Below, one piece after another: positions 8,999-17,543 of a stretch of 34,465 nucleotides of DNA. Within the stretch, counting starts at the first letter, position 1; each line of letters begins with the position of its first letter. The notes under the pieces were generated by a model. It saw nothing but the letters and a program-made list of their open reading frames with translations. It made no database searches and had not been told where the DNA came from. The stretch is from an uncultured Eubacterium sp. (GTDB taxonomy: Bacteria; Bacillota; Clostridia; Lachnospirales; Lachnospiraceae), in the NCBI GenBank assembly GCA_964548675.1, contig CAZJSI010000007.1, positions 1 through 34,465 of the forward strand. The letters are read 5' to 3'. Made by a program: the position numbers and the translations under genes.

Positions 8999-9922
8999 AT
9001 GAAAGGGAGTCTATCAACATATTCTCTTTTTAGAAAAATGATCATAGAAAATAAAGACATCTATATGCTTTCACAGGAGGATGTGGAGGCTGTACAGAGA
9101 GTACTCCTGGGAATGATGGACGACATTCACAGGGTTTGTGAGATGAATGGACTAACATATGTCCTGAGCGGCGGCTGTGCGCTTGGCACGGTTCGTCATG
9201 GCGGTTTTATTCCCTGGGATGACGACATTGATATTTGTATGCCCAGAAAAGATTATGACAGATTCCGGGATTATCTCCTGGAGGCGTATCCGGACACATA
9301 TTATGTGCAGGAAATTCGAAGCTGTGAGAATTATGACCTGAACTTTATGAAGGTAAGGCTGAAAAACAGTGTCTTTTGTGAATTTCTTGATCCCGAACCG
9401 GAAAAGTCGGGGATCTTTATCGATATATTTCCCGTGGAAAATGTCAGCGATGGTATTTTGGCAGGAAACCTGCAATGGCTTATGTCAGACGGGATGCAGT
9501 TTATCTGTTCCTGCATAAGAATACGTAAGAAACGGGAGCGGCTTTTAGCGATGTCAGGCGGTTTGGTGGAAGCGAAACGTATGATTCGTGTAAAGTCTGC
9601 GTTAGCGTTACCGTTCAGCCTGATACCTTTTCGCAAATGGCTGCTGTGGACGGAAAAAATTTTAATGAGAAATGGAAATGATCATACAAAAAAAGTGTCG
9701 ATACCGACAGGCGGGCGGCATTTTAAGGGAGAAACATATCCCAGAGAGTGGCTGTTTCCGCCGCGATTGACTCAATTTGAAGATAGAAAATATTATACAA
9801 TGGCACATGTGGAAAAATATTTGACACAAATGTATGGGGATTATATGACGCTGCCTCCTGTTGAACAGAGGGAGAGACATGCATTGTTGGCATTTTCATT
9901 GCCGGAAGGAGATTGTAAATGA
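8999..9922 (+). CDS. LicD family CDP-alcohol-phosphate transferase
   Basis: GGCALGTVRHGGFIPWDDDIDI, IFIDIFP, YLTQMYGDYMTLPP. Confidence 0.92.
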   Translation: MKGSLSTYSLFRKMIIENKDIYMLSQEDVEAVQRVLLGMMDDIHRVCEMNGLTYVLSGGCALGTVRHGGFIPWDDDIDICMPRKDYDRFRDYLLEAYPDTYYVQEIRSCENYDLNFMKVRLKNSVFCEFLDPEPEKSGIFIDIFPVENVSDGILAGNLQWLMSDGMQFICSCIRIRKKRERLLAMSGGLVEAKRMIRVKSALALPFSLIPFRKWLLWTEKILMRNGNDHTKKVSIPTGGRHFKGETYPREWLFPPRLTQFEDRKYYTMAHVEKYLTQMYGDYMTLPPVEQRERHALLAFSLPEGDCK

Positions 9923-10974
9923 AAGATCCGTATTTGGAAGAAGATTTAAAAAATGTAGCAGCCAGGATGAAGGAACACAGGGAATTGTATGGAAGCAGCA
10001 TATTGGTCACCGGAGCAACAGGTTTGGTGGGATCCCAGATCGTAAAAGCATTGCTGATGATGAATCGCATGTATCAGGCTGATATTGTAGTGTACGCTTT
10101 CGTGAGGGACCGCGGGAAAGCAGAGAAGTTATATGATGACTTTAGAGACGATGCACTCGTATATGTAACAGGAGATTTACAGCGGGATTTGGAAATAGAA
10201 CAAAGTATTGATTATATAGTTCATGGAGCCAGCCCGACCGCATCTAAGTTTTTTGTGGAACATCCGGTAGAAACACTGGGGATCGCAATTGACGGAACCC
10301 GGAATATTTTGGAATTGGCCAGAAGGAAAGGATGCAGAGGAGTAGTATACCTGTCATCCATGGAAGCTTTTGGCATTACGGATCCCGCCCTGGAGACGGT
10401 AAAGGAAGAGGATTTGGGATATATTGATATCCATCATGTGCGCAGTTCCTATTCGGAAGGCAAGCGTGTATGTGAGTTATTATGTTCCTGCTATGCGGCC
10501 GAATATGGCGTGCCGGTGAAAATTGCCCGTCTGGCCCAAACATTTGGCGCGGGGATACCATATGAAGAGAATCGTGTATTTGCGCAGTTTGCCAAGTGCG
10601 CGATAAATAGAACTGATATTGTATTGCATACGAAAGGGTTGTCAGTGGGGAATTATTGTTATACCAGGGATGTTGTGGCAGCTCTTCTTTTGCTGTTGGT
10701 CAAGGGAGAAAACGGGGAGGCATATACTGTTGCCAATGAGGAGTCCCATATTACGATCGGCAATATGGCGGCGCTTGTGGCTGAGCGGATTGCGAATAAT
10801 GAGATTCGGGTGGTATATGATATCCCGGAAGATGCGTTGCAATATGGATACGCACCGGATGTAAAGATGCATTTGAATTCCCGGAAACTGCAGGCGTTGG
10901 GATGGAAACCGGAAGTGGGATTAGAAGAATCTTATCATAGAATGATCGCCAGTATGCTGGCTGCAAGAGAGTAA
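9919..10974 (+). CDS. NAD-dependent epimerase/dehydratase (extended SDR), probable CDP-pentulose reductase
   Basis: GATGLVGS, HGASP, YLSSME, YSEGK (YxxxK); lies near tarI/ispD. The specific activity is inference. Confidence 0.85.
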   Translation: MKDPYLEEDLKNVAARMKEHRELYGSSILVTGATGLVGSQIVKALLMMNRMYQADIVVYAFVRDRGKAEKLYDDFRDDALVYVTGDLQRDLEIEQSIDYIVHGASPTASKFFVEHPVETLGIAIDGTRNILELARRKGCRGVVYLSSMEAFGITDPALETVKEEDLGYIDIHHVRSSYSEGKRVCELLCSCYAAEYGVPVKIARLAQTFGAGIPYEENRVFAQFAKCAINRTDIVLHTKGLSVGNYCYTRDVVAALLLLLVKGENGEAYTVANEESHITIGNMAALVAERIANNEIRVVYDIPEDALQYGYAPDVKMHLNSRKLQALGWKPEVGLEESYHRMIASMLAARE

Positions 10975-10976
10975 AG

Positions 10977-11786
10977 ATGAAACATTTGTTGACATTAGAA
11001 GAGATGCATCAGAGAGAATTGGTAATGATGAGATTATTCCATGAGTTTTGTCAGGAACATCATCTGCGTTATTATATGTGCGGCGGTACGCTGCTTGGCG
11101 CTGTCCGGCATCAGGGTTTTATTCCCTGGGATGATGATGTGGATCTGCTGATGCCAAGGCCGGATTATGAAAAACTGCAGAAATTGGTCGTCAGCCAGCC
11201 ATATATGCCAAGATATGAATTTCATTCTTATTCACTGGGAAATCTGCGGGAAAATTTTACGAAGCTGGTAGATCTGCACACGCTGGTAGATAAGGATTTT
11301 ACGTTTGATGAGTATGATCAGAATTTATGGATCGATATTTTCCCGATGGACGGCCTGCCGGAAGATGATAAGGAGATTGAGAAAATCTACAAAAAGGTCA
11401 AGCGGGCGCGAAGAATTTTGAAATTTTTGAAAGCAAAGCCCGGTACAGGCTCTTCACGGGTAAAAGCTGTTGTAAAACCGCTGCTGAAACCGATTGTGGG
11501 CCTGGTCTGGTCGAAAGACGGATTGCTTCGGCATATAGATCAGATCGCGAAGAACTACGACTTTGAATCATCGGAACATGTGGGAGGCATAGTATATGGC
11601 TATGGCCCGCAGGAAAAAATGGTGAGACGGGATTATGTGAAACCGATAGAGATGCGGTTTGAAGATATGACAGCGATAGCGCCCGGATGTTATGATGAAT
11701 ACCTGCGCGCATTATTTGATGATTATATGGAACTGCCGCCGGAGGATAAACGGCAGGTGCACTTTATGAAAATATATGGATGGTAG
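10977..11786 (+). CDS. LicD family CDP-alcohol-phosphate transferase (second paralog)
   Basis: GGTLLGAVRHQGFIPWDDDVDL, WIDIFPMD, YL..LF.DYMELPP. Confidence 0.93.
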   Translation: MKHLLTLEEMHQRELVMMRLFHEFCQEHHLRYYMCGGTLLGAVRHQGFIPWDDDVDLLMPRPDYEKLQKLVVSQPYMPRYEFHSYSLGNLRENFTKLVDLHTLVDKDFTFDEYDQNLWIDIFPMDGLPEDDKEIEKIYKKVKRARRILKFLKAKPGTGSSRVKAVVKPLLKPIVGLVWSKDGLLRHIDQIAKNYDFESSEHVGGIVYGYGPQEKMVRRDYVKPIEMRFEDMTAIAPGCYDEYLRALFDDYMELPPEDKRQVHFMKIYGW

Positions 11787-11825
11787 GACAAGCAGGATAA
11801 TAGCGCCGTTGAGATGGAGGAAATT

Positions 11826-12563
11826 ATGGTACATGCAATGTTATTTGCCGGTGGAACCGGAACAAGAATGAGATCAGGAAATATCCCGAAACAGTTTATA
11901 GAAGTGGATGGAATACCGATTATAGTAAGAACATTAAGACAGTTTGAAGAGCATCCTTTTGTGGATGATATTGTGATTTCCTGTATTGCTTCGGGAATCG
12001 ATCATCTGAAAGGGTTGATCAAACAATACAATATTCAGAAGGTAAAATCTATTGTACCGGGAGGTGCAAGTGGTTTTGAATCTATCCATAATGGCGTGGT
12101 AGAGGTGGCTAAGGACGCAAAGGACACAGATGTTATTTTGATCTGTGACGGTGTAAGGCCCGTTATATCAGAGCAGTTAATTTCGGAATGTATCGAATTG
12201 ACTAAAAAATATGAGACCGCTGTTCCGGTCGTGAAAAGTATTGACTCGGTTCTGGTCAGCGAGGATGGATGCACCTGCGAACAGAATATGCCGAGGGAAA
12301 AGATGTATATTACACAGGCCCCGCAGGGATATACGATGCGAAAAATATTGTGGGCACACGACGAAGCGGTCAAGAGAGGGATTGTGAATCCGACATCATC
12401 AGCAGATCTCATGATCGCATTAGGAGAGAAGATTCGCATTTTCCTGGGAGAGCGCGATAATATCAAAGTGACAACGCCGGAGGATTTATATACACTTCGT
12501 TCACATTACTATTATGAGCATTATAAAAAGTTCGCAAGAGAAGAGATGCGGTATGAGGTGTAA
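11826..12563 (+). CDS. TarI/IspD family cytidylyltransferase (CDP-alditol synthesis)
   Basis: FAGGTGTRM..PKQF, DGVRP, QAPQ, NIKVTTPEDL; RBS GGAGG at 11816-11820 favours ATG 11826. Confidence 0.9.
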   Translation: MVHAMLFAGGTGTRMRSGNIPKQFIEVDGIPIIVRTLRQFEEHPFVDDIVISCIASGIDHLKGLIKQYNIQKVKSIVPGGASGFESIHNGVVEVAKDAKDTDVILICDGVRPVISEQLISECIELTKKYETAVPVVKSIDSVLVSEDGCTCEQNMPREKMYITQAPQGYTMRKILWAHDEAVKRGIVNPTSSADLMIALGEKIRIFLGERDNIKVTTPEDLYTLRSHYYYEHYKKFAREEMRYEV

Positions 12564-12614
12564 AAGCGCTTTTTTAAAAGACGATAGAGAGGAAGTATAA
12601 AAGGAGTCCGTAAT

Positions 12615-15329
12615 ATGAACGTATCGATTATTTTGTTTCTGTCTGAACATCAGGGAGAAAATGAAAAAACGATTGATTGTTTGAAAAAAGAACTTTTAAA
12701 CAGAGATGGCGCCGGACAAATACTGGTATATGGCGGTGGAAACAATCAGGCTGATCTCAAAGCGGTATCAGACGGTCGGAATGCAGAAGTTATTTTAGAA
12801 GGAGACGGGAGACCTGCGGCCTGCGAAGCGTATCAGGATGCAAAAAATAAAATAACAGGCGATTATGTAACTGTACTGCACGGAGGGGATACATGGTCTG
12901 CCGGAACACTTGATGCCGTAGATCATAGTGTCCGTTCATATGTTGATAACAGCATTATTATGACTCAAAAAATTATGCCTGACGGATCAGTTGGAGCGTT
13001 TTCCACTCCCGCAAATTCTGATAAGGAAACAGATATCCAGAATTTAATGACGGAATTCAGATGTTATCCGTTCTACATGGGCGGGACTTTTGTCAAGTCG
13101 GATTACCTGAAAAAGTTTGATTTTGTCCCGGAACTGGGTATGGAAGCGGAAAGGGCATTTCTGTTGGATGTATGTCAAAAAGAAATGTCTGTACTATTCT
13201 TAAATAATTTTCAGTATTATAGTACAAAGGAATGTGAGGGGGATGATACATTTTTCGAGGGGATATATGAGAAAGAATGGTACATCCAGTCATTTACTGA
13301 TTTTTGGATTCCGTATTTGCGGAAACTAAAGGAAAGCGCCGGCGGTATCCCTGAATTTATCCAATACCACCTGATGTTTACCATAAAAAGCCGGCTTATC
13401 AGTAATATGAATAATAAGAATAAGCACGTGATAGAAGAAGGACAGGAGAAAGAATGTCTGAAATTGATCGGTGATGTCCTGCAATTCATAAATGATGATA
13501 TTATGTTTGATTATCGCAGATTACCGGAAAGCAGGGTGGGAGATTCTATAAAATGGCTGTATGGCATTTTGAAATATGGAAAAGATTTCCGGTTTGAAAA
13601 GAAATATCTGTCGGGCTGCACATATTATGCTGCGGGAAATGTGGTATTTAATAAAATTGCCAGTCTGAAAACAAATATATTGTTTATGAATTATGTAGAT
13701 GGGAACCTGGAAGTGGATGGGACAACTCACCCGATTTTATTTTCCATGGCTGACACTATTTATTTCAGCCTTTCGGGAAAAAGGTATGAGCTGCAGTATA
13801 ATGAACGCTATGCCCTGGAAAAGATATTCGGCGTGAGTGTGTATAAACGACATTCTTTTCATGTGACCATACCGATGGACCAGACCCGGGAAGAGGTACT
13901 GTTTTGCTATGCAAAGATCGGTAACGAGATTCTCAGGATCCCGTTTTCCTATCAGTCGCATTTCAGCAGATTGAGCAATGCTTTTCGAAACAGTTATTGG
14001 TGTTTTGGCGATAAAGTGCACTATATGGCAGTGAATTTTAATGGAGGAATAGAGTTCCGGATCGTTCATGGCAGGATGCAGAGGGAGAGAGAGCGAAAGC
14101 TCTCAAGAGAAATGCTCGTCAGCAAAAAGATGAAGGTCTGGAAACAGCTTGCAGTCCGGAAGGCTTATTTTTTGATGAAACCCCTGATGAAGCGCAGACC
14201 GATCTGGTTATATATTGACAAGATATATAAGGCCGGGGATTCCTCGGAATATTTATATCGGTACGCAAGCGCTCAGAATGATAATATAAAACATTATTAT
14301 CTGGTGGACAAACATGCGGCAGATTATGCAAGGTTAAAGAAGGACGGTTATAAACCTTTAGTGAGAAAAAGCATCAAACATCGTCTTGTATTTTTGATGG
14401 CAGATATGGTTGTAATCTCAAATTCTACGGTATTTGCATTTAATAATTATGGTATGGATAATTCCGCTTACATCCGTGACCTGGTGAATTTCCATGTCTG
14501 TTGTGTCCAGCATGGTATGTCAGTACAGAAAATTGCGGTTGCCCAGAATCGGCTGCGGGATAACATCAGGCTGTATTTTTGCGCTTCAAAGTATGAGATC
14601 AGGAATTTATTAAAGCCGATATATGACTATGACGGATATAACGCATTGCAGTTGACGGGCGTACCGCGCTATGACGGGTTGGTAAATAACGATCAGAAAC
14701 AGATCATGATCAGTCCTACCTGGAGAATGCAGGCGGCGGTTCCGGTGCGGACAAATGAGGGTGAACAGAGAGACTATAACCCGTTATTTAAGGAAAGTTC
14801 GTATTATAAGGTATTTAACTCTCTGATCAATGATCCGAGATTGATCGAAGCGGCGAAGAAATATGGTTATAAGATCAAATATGTGCTGCATCCGATCGTC
14901 AGTGCGCAGGTGGATGATTTCGACAAAAATGAATATGTGGATGTGATACCTGCCGTGGGGGATATGAGTTATGAGAAAATGTTCTGTGAGTCCAGCCTGA
15001 TGGTCACGGACTTTTCCGGAATTCAGTTTGACTTTGCCTACATGAGAAAACCGCTGGTGTATCTCCATCATAAAGATATTCCCCAGCATTATGAAGAGGG
15101 AACATTTTTCTATGATACGATGGCGTTCGGTGAGATCTGCCATGATAATGATGAACTGATAGAACTTTTGTGTGAATATATGGCAAATGGTTGTCAGATG
15201 AAAGAAGAGTATGTAAAACGGGCGGATGATTTCTTCTATTATCGTGACAGAAATAACTGCGAACGTATTTATAATACGATGCGGGAGTATCAGGACAGGT
15301 ATATTTTCCCTACAGAAGAAAAAATTTAA
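12615..15329 (+). CDS. TagF/TarL-like CDP-alditol phosphotransferase with degenerate N-terminal GT-A-like domain
   Basis: C-terminal VQHG, TGVPRYD, SPTWR, LHP, VTDFSGIQFDFAYMRKP; N-terminus has GT2-like remnants. Confidence 0.88.
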   Translation: MNVSIILFLSEHQGENEKTIDCLKKELLNRDGAGQILVYGGGNNQADLKAVSDGRNAEVILEGDGRPAACEAYQDAKNKITGDYVTVLHGGDTWSAGTLDAVDHSVRSYVDNSIIMTQKIMPDGSVGAFSTPANSDKETDIQNLMTEFRCYPFYMGGTFVKSDYLKKFDFVPELGMEAERAFLLDVCQKEMSVLFLNNFQYYSTKECEGDDTFFEGIYEKEWYIQSFTDFWIPYLRKLKESAGGIPEFIQYHLMFTIKSRLISNMNNKNKHVIEEGQEKECLKLIGDVLQFINDDIMFDYRRLPESRVGDSIKWLYGILKYGKDFRFEKKYLSGCTYYAAGNVVFNKIASLKTNILFMNYVDGNLEVDGTTHPILFSMADTIYFSLSGKRYELQYNERYALEKIFGVSVYKRHSFHVTIPMDQTREEVLFCYAKIGNEILRIPFSYQSHFSRLSNAFRNSYWCFGDKVHYMAVNFNGGIEFRIVHGRMQRERERKLSREMLVSKKMKVWKQLAVRKAYFLMKPLMKRRPIWLYIDKIYKAGDSSEYLYRYASAQNDNIKHYYLVDKHAADYARLKKDGYKPLVRKSIKHRLVFLMADMVVISNSTVFAFNNYGMDNSAYIRDLVNFHVCCVQHGMSVQKIAVAQNRLRDNIRLYFCASKYEIRNLLKPIYDYDGYNALQLTGVPRYDGLVNNDQKQIMISPTWRMQAAVPVRTNEGEQRDYNPLFKESSYYKVFNSLINDPRLIEAAKKYGYKIKYVLHPIVSAQVDDFDKNEYVDVIPAVGDMSYEKMFCESSLMVTDFSGIQFDFAYMRKPLVYLHHKDIPQHYEEGTFFYDTMAFGEICHDNDELIELLCEYMANGCQMKEEYVKRADDFFYYRDRNNCERIYNTMREYQDRYIFPTEEKI

Positions 15330-15338
15330 TGTTATAAT
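15330..15338 (+). promoter_or_regulatory. Extended -10 element upstream of the L,D-transpeptidase gene
   Basis: TGtTATAAT immediately after the tagF-like stop; RBS AGGAGG at 15375-15380. Confidence 0.45.
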
Positions 15339-15383
15339 ATTTTATGTAATGTGCTGAATTCAAAAGTAGCAGATAGGAGGTAG

Positions 15384-17411
15384 ATGATGAAAAGAGCGAT
15401 AAGAGCTGCGGCAGTATTTTTTATGGCGGCGATTCTGATCAACGGGGCTGTTTTCACGGCGTATGCCGCGGAACTGGGCGGAACAGAATTGAGTCAGGCG
15501 TTGGCAGAGGAGCCTGCAGCGGATGACGGTGTTACAGCAGTCGGGGCAGAGGAGAATTTGCCAGGGTATGATGACGTCGACGGGGATGAGTCGGAGGAAC
15601 TTGCACCCGGCGAGGACGCGGCCGGGAATGAAGTGACCGACGGCGGGGAATCCGTTGAGATCATGCCGTCAAGCTTGTCCCTGAATGACAGCGAATCTGA
15701 TGCAGATATAGAAGATATCGAGGATACAAAGGAGGAACCGGATGGGCTGATCCGTGTAAATGGGGAACTGTATAACGGTTATTTCCTGGACGGCGACGGA
15801 CTTATATACATAGTATCCGCGGGAGAAAAAGGCAGATTGGCAAACGGCGTTATTCAGGCAGGAACAAAGTATTACGACAATCAGACGGAGAAGACACTGC
15901 AGAAGAATGCGGTGTATGTGAACGGTAAGGCTGAGAGTGTCAGATACTATATGGACGGTGGCAAATTGTATGAGGTGGCTGACGGCACACTGGTATGCGG
16001 AACCATTTCGGAAAAAACAGCGTATTACGTCTGTGAAAGTGGAGATATGCAGAAAATACCAAAACAGACGGTGTACGTCAGCGGGAAACCGCATAACGGT
16101 TATTATATGTGCAGCGCCGGATACCTGTATAAGGTGACAGACGGAACCCGCAAGTTAGTGACAGGCACTATCTTATCGGATAAGGAGAATTATTATAGTT
16201 ATAATGAGCAGAAATACAAACCGTTGGCGAAGCTGACAGTGTACGTCAGCGGAAAGCCGCATAACGGTTATTATCAGGATAGCGTCGGAAATTTGTATAC
16301 CGTGAAACAGGGTGCACGTGAGCTGAAAAGCGGTACCGTGTCAGCGGGGGCGAAGTATTATAGCATTAAGTCCGGAAAGTATTTGCCGGTGAATAAAGAT
16401 ACGGTGTATGTGAAAGGGCAGCCATATGACGGTTATTATATGTGCAGCGCCGGATACCTGTATAGGGTGACAAAGGGAAGCCGTGCACTGAAAAGCGGTA
16501 CCGTATCGTCGGGAACAAAATATTATCAATATAATACAGGGAAGACGGTAAAGATCTCAAAGAATACGGTGTATGTGAAAGGAAAAGTATATGACGGCTA
16601 TTATATGTGCAGCGCCGGGTACCTGTATAGGGTGACAAAGGGAAACCGCGCACTGAAAAGCGGTACCGTATCATCGGGAACAAAATATTATCAATATAAT
16701 ACAGGGAAGACGGTAACGATATCGAAGGATACGGTGTATGTGAACGGAACTGTTTATACCGGCTATTATATGGACAGCATCGGGAAGATGTATAATGTGA
16801 AGAAAGGCGCCCGCTCTGCTGTGAATGGCACGCTCGGTTCGGGAACCAAATATTACAGCTACAATGACGGCAGGACGCTTTCCTTGTCCTCCTCTGTTAT
16901 TTTTATAAACGGATACCATACGAATGTCTGGGCTAAAATAAACGGAACATGGTGTTACTTTGACTCCAAGGGGAATCAGAAGTTTAAGTCCAATGTATTG
17001 TATAATGCGTGGAGTAAGACCCGGTCGATGAGCAGCAGCACCAGATATCTTGTGGTGGTAGATACCTCTAATACAAAAACAATGGTCTTTACAGGTTCGA
17101 AGGGGAACTGGGTGCCGGTCTATGAGTGGCTGTGTACTCCGGGAAAACCATCGACTCCGACAGTAAAAGGGCAGTTTACGGTAGCAGCCAGAGGATACAG
17201 TTTCGGAACGCCCACCTATACCTGCTATTATTACACACAATTTTATGGGGACTACCTGTTCCATTCAATCGTATATAATAAAGGAACTTTCAATGTGCAG
17301 GACGGCAGATTGGGGCAGCATCTTTCACACGGTTGTGTGCGATTGAGTTTGGATAACGCAAAATGGATTTATAATAATATTCCGAGAGGAACAAAGGTAT
17401 ATGTTTATTAA
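15384..17411 (+). CDS. Secreted L,D-transpeptidase (YkuD domain) with 7 Tyr-rich ~55-aa repeats
   Basis: Signal peptide (..AYA), acidic linker, repeats, then C-terminal CTPGK..TPTVKGQF, YLFHS...SHGCVR. Confidence 0.92.
   Translation: MMKRAIRAAAVFFMAAILINGAVFTAYAAELGGTELSQALAEEPAADDGVTAVGAEENLPGYDDVDGDESEELAPGEDAAGNEVTDGGESVEIMPSSLSLNDSESDADIEDIEDTKEEPDGLIRVNGELYNGYFLDGDGLIYIVSAGEKGRLANGVIQAGTKYYDNQTEKTLQKNAVYVNGKAESVRYYMDGGKLYEVADGTLVCGTISEKTAYYVCESGDMQKIPKQTVYVSGKPHNGYYMCSAGYLYKVTDGTRKLVTGTILSDKENYYSYNEQKYKPLAKLTVYVSGKPHNGYYQDSVGNLYTVKQGARELKSGTVSAGAKYYSIKSGKYLPVNKDTVYVKGQPYDGYYMCSAGYLYRVTKGSRALKSGTVSSGTKYYQYNTGKTVKISKNTVYVKGKVYDGYYMCSAGYLYRVTKGNRALKSGTVSSGTKYYQYNTGKTVTISKDTVYVNGTVYTGYYMDSIGKMYNVKKGARSAVNGTLGSGTKYYSYNDGRTLSLSSSVIFINGYHTNVWAKINGTWCYFDSKGNQKFKSNVLYNAWSKTRSMSSSTRYLVVVDTSNTKTMVFTGSKGNWVPVYEWLCTPGKPSTPTVKGQFTVAARGYSFGTPTYTCYYYTQFYGDYLFHSIVYNKGTFNVQDGRLGQHLSHGCVRLSLDNAKWIYNNIPRGTKVYVY
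15750..16898 (+). repeat. Intragenic tandem repeat, ~165-bp unit x7 (first two degenerate)
   Basis: VYV starts at 16071, 16239, 16404, 16569, 16734; the units at 16404 and 16569 are nearly identical in DNA. Confidence 0.92.
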
Positions 17412-17421
17412 TACATATTCC

Positions 17422-17441
17422 GGCGTAGAGAGCGCCTTTTT
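17422..17441 (+). terminator. Weak putative intrinsic terminator
   Basis: GGCGT-agaga-GCGCC followed by TTTTT. Confidence 0.3.
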
Positions 17442-17543
17442 ATAAAACAAGAAAAGCAGCAATAAAATGAATACTGTGGTGTAAACTTACTGCTCCGCAG
17501 ATATGACAGACTACGATGAGACAAGATGAAGGAGGAAAACAAA

